From: a virus | Lineage: Duplodnaviria > Caudoviricetes | Direction: 5' to 3' (one strand) | DNA length: 64,000 nt | IMG/VR virus record: IMGVR_UViG_3300046615_000401 | Location: 14,998 to 78,997 of that record | Shown: in pieces, positions 15,803-24,087 of the stretch | How positions within the stretch are numbered: position 1 is the first letter of the stretch | Layout: each line of letters opens with the position of its first letter | Position numbers and translations under genes: made by a program | The notes under the pieces: generated by a model | Told to the model about the DNA's origin: nothing | Databases searched by the model: none | What the model saw: the letters and a program-made list of their open reading frames with translations, nothing else

Positions 15803-15825
15803 TCGCAGACGTGCCCGGAGGGCGC
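15803..15825 (-). promoter_or_regulatory. Putative internal vRNAP-type hairpin promoter
   Basis: Plus (template) strand GTGCCC-GGA-GGGCGC; matches the early promoter consensus CRTGnnC-GGA-GnnC. Confidence 0.5.
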
Positions 15826-15830
15826 CTGAT

Positions 15831-16256
15831 TTAGAATGCCTTGATACGTTCGGCCAGCACGGAACTGTACATGTGCATGGCACTGTATTGAGAACGTAAA
15901 CGACGTTGTTCGTCAGTAGCCAAGCCAGTGAAGATAGGTGTGTCTACAAACTTCAGCAGAGCAAGCATTTTGGTGTCCAGCTCGGCTTTCTCATCCACCA
16001 CCCGTTGCTGGTGTGGCTGCAGCGTGGATGCTGGAATTTCCCGGTAGGTCTTCTCGAACTGCTCAGCCGGCGACCAGCTGATGTAGCCGGTATGAGCCGG
16101 ATGGTTAGGTAGTCCGCCGTCGGTGTACTCCACCAAGTAGCCAGGCGTGTCTTTGTCCTGTCCTTCCGGTGTCAACCAGCCCTGATAGTTGTTGTACTGT
16201 CCGCGGGTCATAGGCATGGCCAGCAGAGTCTTGGTACCGATGTAGCGTTTCATCAT
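15831..16256 (-). CDS. Two-domain protein: YISWSP-motif domain + crAss001_48/Sequestin-like helical domain
   Basis: N-terminal KRYIGTK..GYLVEY.DG...YISWSP..F..Y; C-terminal PHQQRVVDEKAELD...Q...M..YS.VL.ERI..F. Confidence 0.75.
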   Translation of the reverse strand: MMKRYIGTKTLLAMPMTRGQYNNYQGWLTPEGQDKDTPGYLVEYTDGGLPNHPAHTGYISWSPAEQFEKTYREIPASTLQPHQQRVVDEKAELDTKMLALLKFVDTPIFTGLATDEQRRLRSQYSAMHMYSSVLAERIKAF

Positions 16257-16267
16257 GATGCGACCTT

Positions 16268-16726
16268 TCAGTTGTCGAAGAAGAACACGATGCGCTGTTC
16301 TTCCAGGTTGGGATTGTCGGTCTTGGGTAAGCCGTCGATCAGCCTGGTCAAGCGTGGCAGCAGTTCCCTTGCATCGAGATCCGGACTGACCAGCATCTGC
16401 ATGGCCTTTTCCTTCAACTCCTGCACGGTCAGGTGATTGTGGCTATGTGCATCATCTTCCCAGCGCTCGAAGATGGCAGCTACTTCCGGCGACAGGTCTT
16501 CTGCCATACCGTGATTCGGCAGGCCAAAAGGACACTCGTAGCGTACTTCACCATTGGTGAGCAGACCAAACAAACCATAGTCCCGGCCACGGTAGGAATA
16601 CGTGATGTCAGCGTATTCACCATCATCGATTTCTGCTTGGGTAGGTGTGGTCAGTGTGTGCAGCAAATCTGCCACCCAGACACCCTCTTTCTTGGTTTCC
16701 GACCACAGATGGATATCACAGCCCAT
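16268..16726 (-). CDS. Conserved phage hypothetical protein (MGCDIH...RxYxLFxxL...VR...HSH...RIVFFFDN family)
   Basis: Recognisable motif set; AAGGAG RBS. Confidence 0.75.
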   Translation of the reverse strand: MGCDIHLWSETKKEGVWVADLLHTLTTPTQAEIDDGEYADITYSYRGRDYGLFGLLTNGEVRYECPFGLPNHGMAEDLSPEVAAIFERWEDDAHSHNHLTVQELKEKAMQMLVSPDLDARELLPRLTRLIDGLPKTDNPNLEEQRIVFFFDN

Positions 16727-16769
16727 GTCAGGCTCCTTGCTAAAGTAAATGGGGCCATAGCCCCGTGGG

Positions 16770-18947
16770 TTAAGGGAGTTTGGCGATTGCCTTGGTGACG
16801 CTGACCATGATGGTGCTCATGATCTCCATCTCGTCCAGCTTGTCGGCGATACGCTCGTTCAAGTGCAGCACCTTCTGCCGGATCGGCTCGAACTGGAAGC
16901 CGGCATCAACCAGGATCATGGCGAAGCGCAGCAGCATGTTGTTGCGGTTGCCGTCGCCGATGTTGTTCATCACCCAGCGCTCCAAGTTGTCCAAGCCCTG
17001 CTGGTCCTGCAACAACGCTTTGCGCTCCTCGTTCTTACTGGTTTTCGGGATGAACGGCAGCACATCCAGGATGTCACCTTCGTTGTACTCGTAGATGCTG
17101 GGCATGCCTTCGTTGTTCTGGGCACAGCTCATCCACTTACGCGCACGCTGTCCGGTACCATCATCGACCGAGAACGGCAGCCACTCGTAGATGTTGGCCA
17201 TGAACTCTTTAAAGTCCTTCGCGTCCAGCTGCAACTCGTAGCTGATTGGCAGGATCAGGCGGAAGCGTTCTTCCCCATTGGCTTCCGCCGTCTGGTGCCG
17301 CTTGGTGGTGTAGATCAGATACTTGTACGACGCCATCAACGTCTTCACCGTGCTGAGAGGAATACCCCCATCGACATCGATCACCACCAGATTGAAGCCA
17401 GGGATGGCATTGTCTTCGTTACGATAGCCACCGGCCACATGGTGCGACAGCCAGTGCATAGAGGGATGATTGGTCAGCTTGTGCAGCTGGTCAAACGGTG
17501 CCCGCTCATTGGCATAGTCGGTGGTGATGTCAGTGCTGTACGCCACGATCATCGAGTCCAGCCGGCTGGCTTTGAGCGTCTCCCCGCGCAGGAATTCAAT
17601 CCCATCCGAGAACGACTTCTTGATGATGATGTTGTTGCGATAGCCCCACGCTGTGGCCAGCGACAGCATCTCGGTCTTCTGGCTTGCGGCACCGCGGTAG
17701 AACGGCAGATCTTCCACCAGATCGGCTTGGGTGCAATCACGTCGCACCGAGCCCAGATACTTGGCCAGTTTGATGTAAGTGCGGTCCCGTGTCAGCAGCT
17801 TGTCGAAGGCTGCACCAGATTCCTCGGCCAGCTTGATGGCGTTGTACAGATGCTCCGACGTCAGCTCCGGGGAGTCGTCGATAAAGGCGTAGGCGCCAGC
17901 CAACTTGAGGGCTTTGAAATAGCGGTGGGAGATCTCGGCTTTCTTGATCTCTTCGTGCTCCGGCAGCTCATGGGCGATCTTCTCGCATTTGAGCTTGTAC
18001 TCGATCAGCAGCAGCGAGGTATCTTTGGTCAGCACTAGGCGCTTGTTGACGTTGACGATGTCAGCCAGCTGATCCAGCTTGTCCGCCAGGTCTTCCATCC
18101 AGACGTTGCTGGACTTATCCGTCAACATGTCATACACCTGTTCTGGCGTCAGCTCCTTCTTGATGTCAGAAGCTTTGCTGTAGCCGAAGAAGCAGCGCCG
18201 GGCATAGCCGGTTTCCAGCATCGAGTACAGTTCTTCTTCCACCTTGCTGCCGTTAAGCAGCTTGGCCGGCGTCCCGAACAGCATCATGTTGGTCGGCGTT
18301 TGACCAGGGATTTCCTCATTACGCTTGTTATCGGACGTGTTCTTGATCAGCTTGGTTTTGATCTTGCCGACGTCGTACAATTCCAGGTAGGTGTTGAGTA
18401 CTTCCACACTGGACAGTAGATTGCTGCCGATCTCATCGATCTGCAGGTTGACCGAACCAGCATCTGCCATCAGCAACTTGTGACGCATTTGCTTAATAGC
18501 AGCAGGGGTGCCGGAGTCGAAGCTGAATACCAAGGTACCCAGCTCATCGAATTCCTTCTGCACACGCACCAGTTCTTCTTCCGGATCGACGCTCTTGCGG
18601 GCAGCACGCTTCACCGCCAGCTTGGGCAGGTTCTGCTCGGCCAGGATGGTAAACGTCTCCTCCAGAAAACGGGCACGGAAGCGACCAATCACATCGTTTT
18701 CAATGATGTTGGTTGAGAAGCCTTTGCCCGATCCGGAGGTGCCCAGATTCAGCGCGTACATATTGACCGGAATTTCTCCTCGATCATGGGTAACGATGGT
18801 GGTGCGCATCATCGACGCCACCATGCTGAAGTAGTACCCCACCAGCACGCGGAAGAACAATGGATTATCGTTCTGGGTCTTGTTGCACAGGATCTCCACC
18901 AGCCTCTCCGCGGTGGGATGGAACTGCATTTCCTCATTGGTTTTCAT
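16770..18947 (-). CDS. DNA primase (N4 gp43-like)
   Basis: SGSGKG P-loop-like N-terminal region; VIDVDGG, YTTKRH, RFRLILP AEP-type motifs; GDGNRNNML PriCT-like tail. Confidence 0.9.
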   Translation of the reverse strand: MKTNEEMQFHPTAERLVEILCNKTQNDNPLFFRVLVGYYFSMVASMMRTTIVTHDRGEIPVNMYALNLGTSGSGKGFSTNIIENDVIGRFRARFLEETFTILAEQNLPKLAVKRAARKSVDPEEELVRVQKEFDELGTLVFSFDSGTPAAIKQMRHKLLMADAGSVNLQIDEIGSNLLSSVEVLNTYLELYDVGKIKTKLIKNTSDNKRNEEIPGQTPTNMMLFGTPAKLLNGSKVEEELYSMLETGYARRCFFGYSKASDIKKELTPEQVYDMLTDKSSNVWMEDLADKLDQLADIVNVNKRLVLTKDTSLLLIEYKLKCEKIAHELPEHEEIKKAEISHRYFKALKLAGAYAFIDDSPELTSEHLYNAIKLAEESGAAFDKLLTRDRTYIKLAKYLGSVRRDCTQADLVEDLPFYRGAASQKTEMLSLATAWGYRNNIIIKKSFSDGIEFLRGETLKASRLDSMIVAYSTDITTDYANERAPFDQLHKLTNHPSMHWLSHHVAGGYRNEDNAIPGFNLVVIDVDGGIPLSTVKTLMASYKYLIYTTKRHQTAEANGEERFRLILPISYELQLDAKDFKEFMANIYEWLPFSVDDGTGQRARKWMSCAQNNEGMPSIYEYNEGDILDVLPFIPKTSKNEERKALLQDQQGLDNLERWVMNNIGDGNRNNMLLRFAMILVDAGFQFEPIRQKVLHLNERIADKLDEMEIMSTIMVSVTKAIAKLP

Positions 18948-18979
18948 CGTGCTTTCCTTACGGGGATTGGGATTGAGAG

Positions 18980-19984
18980 TTAGATGACCAGGTCACCGGA
19001 CTTGATCAGCGCATCCTTCTGAGTGCAGGCGGCAAAGCCAGCGCAGAACTTACAGGCTTTCACTTCACCTGGCTTGGCGATGACAACGCCGGCACCTTTA
19101 CCCACGGTCATCATGTGGGTGCGGGCAGACAGTTCGTCATCGAAGTTCTTGGTGCTCTTGGCAGCTGTGGCTACCGTTTCAGCGGTATGGTTTTTGTACC
19201 ACTTGAACACCGGCTCGGTACGCCACAGTTCTTCATCGGTGCACAACGGCAGATCCGCTTCCGGTGCATCGACCAGGTCGTCGAAGTCGGACAGCTTGCG
19301 GCGTACCCAGGCATCGGTTTCCGCGATTGACATTAACGGCAGGATCACTTGTTTGAAGCGCTCCTGCGGGTAGTTGGGGTTCTGCCTGGCTTGCATGGCA
19401 GACCAGTCGGTGAAGATGTACTGGATCTTGCCCTGGTCGCGGGTGATGATCTCCGGATTGAGCCAACGGTAGATGCTCAGTTGCAGGATGTACTTGGCAT
19501 CATTGGTGTTGTTCATCGCCGTGTAGGTACCGGTGGTCTTGAAGTCCTCCGGGAAGCCATCACCAACAAAGTCAAACTTGCCAGCCACCAGGTACTTACC
19601 CACCTGTTTATAGGCACGCTGTTCCAGGTAGATCGGGATGATGTCCGGATCAGCCAGCAGCATGTCTTTGGTGGGGTTGACGCGCACCCTGCCGATGACA
19701 CGGTCGGGGATGCCCAATGCCGACAGGGCAGCAACGTGATTGTGTAGCCAGGCGCGTTCGATGCCGTCGTGGATGGCCGAGCCCACCCGTGATGGGATCA
19801 TGGCAGCCAGATCCGGCAGGGCCAGTTCCTGTGGTACCCGGCCAGCCAGGATCAGTTGGCGCAGGGGTCGCAACAGGGCGGTTGCGGAGATGGTTTTATC
19901 GTCGTGGTCGTAGTTGTCGGTAGCCAGGAATACACCCAGCGACAGTGGGACCGCGGACACATTGGAATAGCGTGGTTGAGTCAT
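18980..19984 (-). CDS. PD-(D/E)XK exonuclease (N4 gp42-like)
   Basis: GSAIHDGIE, GKFDFV...EDFKTT, LQLSIYRWL, C-terminal CKFC...C cluster. Confidence 0.88.
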   Translation of the reverse strand: MTQPRYSNVSAVPLSLGVFLATDNYDHDDKTISATALLRPLRQLILAGRVPQELALPDLAAMIPSRVGSAIHDGIERAWLHNHVAALSALGIPDRVIGRVRVNPTKDMLLADPDIIPIYLEQRAYKQVGKYLVAGKFDFVGDGFPEDFKTTGTYTAMNNTNDAKYILQLSIYRWLNPEIITRDQGKIQYIFTDWSAMQARQNPNYPQERFKQVILPLMSIAETDAWVRRKLSDFDDLVDAPEADLPLCTDEELWRTEPVFKWYKNHTAETVATAAKSTKNFDDELSARTHMMTVGKGAGVVIAKPGEVKACKFCAGFAACTQKDALIKSGDLVI

Positions 19985-20004
19985 GATTCACCTATAGAAA
20001 AGAA

Positions 20005-20023
20005 GGGCCAGTCATACTGGCCC
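20005..20023 (-). terminator. Intrinsic terminator
   Basis: GGGCCAG-loop-CTGGCCC followed by TTCTTTT on the minus strand. Confidence 0.65.
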
Positions 20024-20064
20024 AGGATTATTCAGTAGAGCGCGTGGAACGCGCCTGGTCTTGT

Positions 20065-20742
20065 TTAATTTGCTGCGGTTGGTCCCAGTCCCAGCGGATC
20101 ATCCTTGGTTTTCATGAAGCCAGTGTTGGGCAGCGCATTCGCAGCCTTATTTTTGGCCGCACGATCCCGCTCAGCGCCAATAAGCTTGGCCTGACGGACA
20201 CGTTGAACCCGGATACGGTCGCCATAGTACGCGATCTTGTCACCGTCGTACACACCGTGATCATCGGCGCCACGTTTGCCATGACCACGCACCCGCATGG
20301 CACAGGAGCGCCACAGGGCTTTCAGCACGTTGCCTTCAGCGAAGGTCATCTGCAAGGCTTCGATGATGTCCTCACACTCGACAATCGAAGGCTTCATGCG
20401 CTTCGGTTCGGTGATCTCCAGCAGGTAGTAGTTGACGTCGCCGCCGCTGAGTTCACCTGGAGGTGTCATCAGCTTGCTGCCGCTGGAAGGTAGACCGGTT
20501 TCGATAGTGCGGCCGGACAGAATGCCGGACATGCTGGTAGCTTTACCGGGTATGAGTCCGGCAGGTATTGCTGTGCTGAGAGCAGCTGCAGCACTGGAGA
20601 TATCGTAAGGATTTGTTTTGGGGGCTTCATACGGGGAGGGAGGAATGTCCGGCAGCATGGTGGTATGGCTGTGACCATGGCACCATTTGCTGTCAGGGAT
20701 AGCAGTTTTTTCGCATTCGGGGGCTATGCAAATATCAATCAT
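20065..20742 (-). CDS. DUF3310-like protein with N-terminal Cys/His cluster
   Basis: GGDVNYY...ECEDIIEAL.MTFAEGNVLKALWR...YDGDK motif; start reassigned to 20742 (AGGA RBS). Confidence 0.7.
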   Translation of the reverse strand: MIDICIAPECEKTAIPDSKWCHGHSHTTMLPDIPPSPYEAPKTNPYDISSAAAALSTAIPAGLIPGKATSMSGILSGRTIETGLPSSGSKLMTPPGELSGGDVNYYLLEITEPKRMKPSIVECEDIIEALQMTFAEGNVLKALWRSCAMRVRGHGKRGADDHGVYDGDKIAYYGDRIRVQRVRQAKLIGAERDRAAKNKAANALPNTGFMKTKDDPLGLGPTAAN

Positions 20743-20857
20743 GATTTTTTCCTGGTGGTGAGATCCCTGGGCAAGGGATCTCCGGGGTTTACTTGCGTAT
20801 TGATGGAGCGTTCCACAGATTGATGGGTGGCAGCTTGGCCACCTCCCAGTCAAGCTT

Positions 20858-22795
20858 TCAGATCAGTTCACACTGGCCGGCAGTACAGGCCAGCTCCTTG
20901 ACATTGACGGTGCGATCGTCTTTTTCAAACTCGCTGAGCGCATCCCAGTCGAACTTGGGCATCTTGGCTTGCAAGGCCAGGAATTCCTCCTCGGTGCACT
21001 CGTTGTACGGCGCCTGGCGGTAGGTATGGTCGCTGTGGGGCAGGAAGGAGACACCGGCTATCTTGTCGAAGTTGCGGTACACCCAGTCGCCCACACCCAG
21101 CCATTCATGGTCGCGCACATAGATCGTGTTGGACACATTGTGCTCGGACCATACCGTCTGGAACATCAGGTAGTGTTCCAGCTGCTCCAGGGCAGTACGG
21201 TCATTGCGGAACACCGAGTCTGCTGGAGCGGCTACCGGGAAGCTGAAGATGTCAGTGGTGTCGGGCTTGTTGACGCAGTCTTCCACCGGGAAGCCTTGCT
21301 GGCGCATCAGCTGAGCCAATGGATCCTTCTTGTCGGCGCGCACCGTGCGGATGTACCAGCGCGAGTAACGTTCATGCTTGCCACTGGCTGAATCTACCAG
21401 CTGCGACACTGTTCCGCTTGGCTTGACGGTGGTGATGGCCACCGACTGGTTGATGCCCAGCTTGGATGCCCATACCTTGTTGATCTCGATGGCGTGCTGC
21501 TTCATTTCGGTCAACCAGCTTACAGCTTCCGCATTGGTTTGCGACAGCACAGCGTGGTCCATGATGCCGGTCAGCGAGACACCCAGCAGGCGTTCTTCTT
21601 CCTGGTTGGTTTGCCAGATCTTGCGCACGTAGCGGAAGTTGGTCAGCATCGACTGGTAGGTGCCGATGATGGTGGCCACTTCGATCTTGTCCTTCAGTTG
21701 CTGCAGCGTGTCACCGGCACGGACGATGACTTCCGACAGGTTGCACAAGCCAGCTGAGCGCAGGGTGATCTCAGCGCAGGGATTGACGCCGACGATCTGG
21801 GTATGGTCACGCCGGCCGGATTCAATCGCCTTCTTGATGGCAGCTTCCCGGTTGAAGATGCCACGCTCGCCCGACTTCGATTCGATCAGCGACAGCCATT
21901 CCCGCATGAACACTTCGACGTCGGGGCGCTCGGTGTAGGCCGCCGAGTTGTTGGCCAGGGCACGATGCGGATTGGTCAGCCACCACTGGCCGGTCTTGGC
22001 GCCACGCATGCGGTCATCCGACAGGTTGGATAGCGAGATCAGGGCAGAGCGACGTACACCACCGACCACCACGATATCGGCTACCTTGCACACCAGGTCA
22101 TGGCATTCAATACTGGTCAGTTTGCGACCGACCGCGGTACTGAAGGTTTCCACGGCGAAGTTGAACAGATCGATGAGGGGCTGGGGTCCAGAGGCACGGC
22201 CACCGAACACCTTCAGCTTTTCACCTGCCTTGCGCACGCCAGAGGTGTCCCACTTGGGGATGTAACCGGCATACAGGTAGCTGAGCAGCTGGCGGAAGGC
22301 ATCCGACCAGCCGCCCTTGGAGTCGCGTACCACGATGGTGTGGTCCACCGGCATCAGCTTGTCGATGGTTTCGATCCGCTGCAGACCGGCCTTGTCGGTG
22401 GTGATCTTGGCGCCGATGATGGGCAGTTTGGTGATATATTGCCGTTCCACCGAGAAGCCGACACCGGTACCGCACATGCTGACATTCAGAATTTCATCAA
22501 AGGCACGCACGTCATCGACGGCGATGAAGGAGCAGTTGAAGCCTGCCATGGGATCGCGTTCCAGGGCTGGCCCGGCTGTCATCAGGGCGCGCATGGAGGG
22601 CATAACTTTGAGGGAGACGATGGCGTCGTAGATAGCCTGGGCGGGGTAGTGCGGGAATTTGTTTTGGAAATAGTCCACATAGCGCTGGACCGTCTCTTCC
22701 CAGGTTTCTCGCCGTTCCTTGCCATCGATCCAGCGAGCGTAGCGGCTCTTGTGGACGTACTCCTGCAAAGGTGTGGGGAGTTGGTTTGCTTGCAT
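20858..22795 (-). CDS. nrdJ: Class II (adenosylcobalamin-dependent) ribonucleotide reductase
   Basis: FNCSF, GGVRRSA, NPCAEI, CNLSEV, TVKPSGTVS, C-terminal CTAGQC redox pair; no small-subunit gene. Confidence 0.93.
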   Translation of the reverse strand: MQANQLPTPLQEYVHKSRYARWIDGKERRETWEETVQRYVDYFQNKFPHYPAQAIYDAIVSLKVMPSMRALMTAGPALERDPMAGFNCSFIAVDDVRAFDEILNVSMCGTGVGFSVERQYITKLPIIGAKITTDKAGLQRIETIDKLMPVDHTIVVRDSKGGWSDAFRQLLSYLYAGYIPKWDTSGVRKAGEKLKVFGGRASGPQPLIDLFNFAVETFSTAVGRKLTSIECHDLVCKVADIVVVGGVRRSALISLSNLSDDRMRGAKTGQWWLTNPHRALANNSAAYTERPDVEVFMREWLSLIESKSGERGIFNREAAIKKAIESGRRDHTQIVGVNPCAEITLRSAGLCNLSEVIVRAGDTLQQLKDKIEVATIIGTYQSMLTNFRYVRKIWQTNQEEERLLGVSLTGIMDHAVLSQTNAEAVSWLTEMKQHAIEINKVWASKLGINQSVAITTVKPSGTVSQLVDSASGKHERYSRWYIRTVRADKKDPLAQLMRQQGFPVEDCVNKPDTTDIFSFPVAAPADSVFRNDRTALEQLEHYLMFQTVWSEHNVSNTIYVRDHEWLGVGDWVYRNFDKIAGVSFLPHSDHTYRQAPYNECTEEEFLALQAKMPKFDWDALSEFEKDDRTVNVKELACTAGQCELI

Positions 22796-22827
22796 GGTTT
22801 GTTCTTTCTCTTATGGCTGCGTTGATG

Positions 22828-22893
22828 AAAAAGGAGCCAGGCAATCCAGAAGTAATGGATGGACGGCTCCGTAGTTGCTGCTAGGCTACGGTA
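22828..22893 (-). terminator. Structured leader/terminator upstream of nrdJ
   Basis: Minus strand CCGTAG..CTACGG hairpin overlapping GGAGCC...ATCCA/TGGAT...GGCTCC-TTTTT. Confidence 0.55.
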
Positions 22894-22981
22894 TGGGTGT
22901 TGTGGGAAACACCTATGTTACGCAGACTGCAAAGGTACACAAGTGATATATTTTTTGTAAGCAACTGTGCGTTGTGCTCCT

Positions 22982-23983
22982 TTATGTGTTAGATAGTGCC
23001 TTGTAGCACTCATTAGGTATCAGTTTGCGGTACTGTATCCATCCACACAGGTTACCGGACCAGAAGGCGCCATCACGGTCCATGTGACTGATACCCATCT
23101 CCCAATGGGTAGGAAAGTGGTCCGCACCCAACACAGCGTGGGATATCTTCATCGGACTGGCTTGGTGCTCGAAGGCTGAAGCGTGCTTACGCTCGCTGCC
23201 CACCAGTCGATCATAGACTTCCAGGCTCTTGGCCAGGTCGTAGCCTTCATTACGGTAGCTGACGGCCGCACAGCGAGCACAGGACACCTTGATGGCTTGA
23301 TCCAAGGTAAGAGTCAGCGTGTCATTAGGCACAACGAGGTAAAACTCCTGCCGACCGTCTTCCATACGCACTGAGTCCACGTAAGGCAGATGCCAGTCGC
23401 CCGGTTGCAACACTTCAGGCGTACTGGCTTCCTTGGCTTCGCGCATGACGCGGGCCAGTTCACGGATAGTGGGATCAGCAGCGTCGTCATCCCGCAACCA
23501 GAAGAAGTTATCCACCTCGGTGGCGGACAGTACGGTCTTCTGCATCTGCCAGGTTTCCATCAAGCGGTTGTACACCTGCTTGTGGTAGCCAGCTTCGTAG
23601 AATGCCTGGGCAAACTTGATGGCAGACTCCTTGGCCAGTTTCCATGCCTGCTTAGGGGTGAATGGTTTGGTTTCAGTAAGACCATTTTCGGTGTTCAGGA
23701 TGTCCAGCCACACCAGCGCATCATGGTCTTCACCTTTGTCCTGCATGCCGGCTTGATTAGCACCGAAACGCACGGGCTCACCGTTCAACTGGTCCAGCAT
23801 CTTCAGGAATGGGACTGCACGGCTGCTGAAGCTATTGCGAGACTTCTGCCTGTGCGTGTTCAGCTCGGCCAGGATCAGCCTGGGATACTCAGCCTCCCAG
23901 GTAATCATCTCCTTGCCGAACTGCGAGATACTGTGGGCTAGTATCGTGGCTTTAATGCCGTTCTTACCTGTGATTGTGATCAT
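22982..23983 (-). CDS. thyX: Flavin-dependent thymidylate synthase
   Basis: ELNTHRQKSRNSFSSRA (ThyX HRxxSxxxxSxR motif), HASAFEHQA; start at 23983 with GAAGGAG RBS. Confidence 0.85.
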   Translation of the reverse strand: MITITGKNGIKATILAHSISQFGKEMITWEAEYPRLILAELNTHRQKSRNSFSSRAVPFLKMLDQLNGEPVRFGANQAGMQDKGEDHDALVWLDILNTENGLTETKPFTPKQAWKLAKESAIKFAQAFYEAGYHKQVYNRLMETWQMQKTVLSATEVDNFFWLRDDDAADPTIRELARVMREAKEASTPEVLQPGDWHLPYVDSVRMEDGRQEFYLVVPNDTLTLTLDQAIKVSCARCAAVSYRNEGYDLAKSLEVYDRLVGSERKHASAFEHQASPMKISHAVLGADHFPTHWEMGISHMDRDGAFWSGNLCGWIQYRKLIPNECYKALSNT

Positions 23984-24087
23984 AAGACTCCTTCTACGTG
24001 GTTGAGCAACGTAATGTTGCATTGTGGGTGGGTTTCCTGTATGGAATAATGCGATAATGCAGAAAATCAACATGCAACGGGGAAACT

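Noticed and set aside
16863-18038. Long plus-strand ORFs antisense to real genes (also 34464-35690, 37123-38118, 43233-44117, 44996-45970, 51711-52703 and minus-strand ORFs inside vRNAP)
   Set aside because: Shadow ORFs from GC-rich codon bias; no RBS or recognisable motifs; fully overlap well-supported genes
22800-22980. Cobalamin riboswitch upstream of nrdJ
   Set aside because: No B12-box or conserved GGGAA core motifs seen; the region is too short
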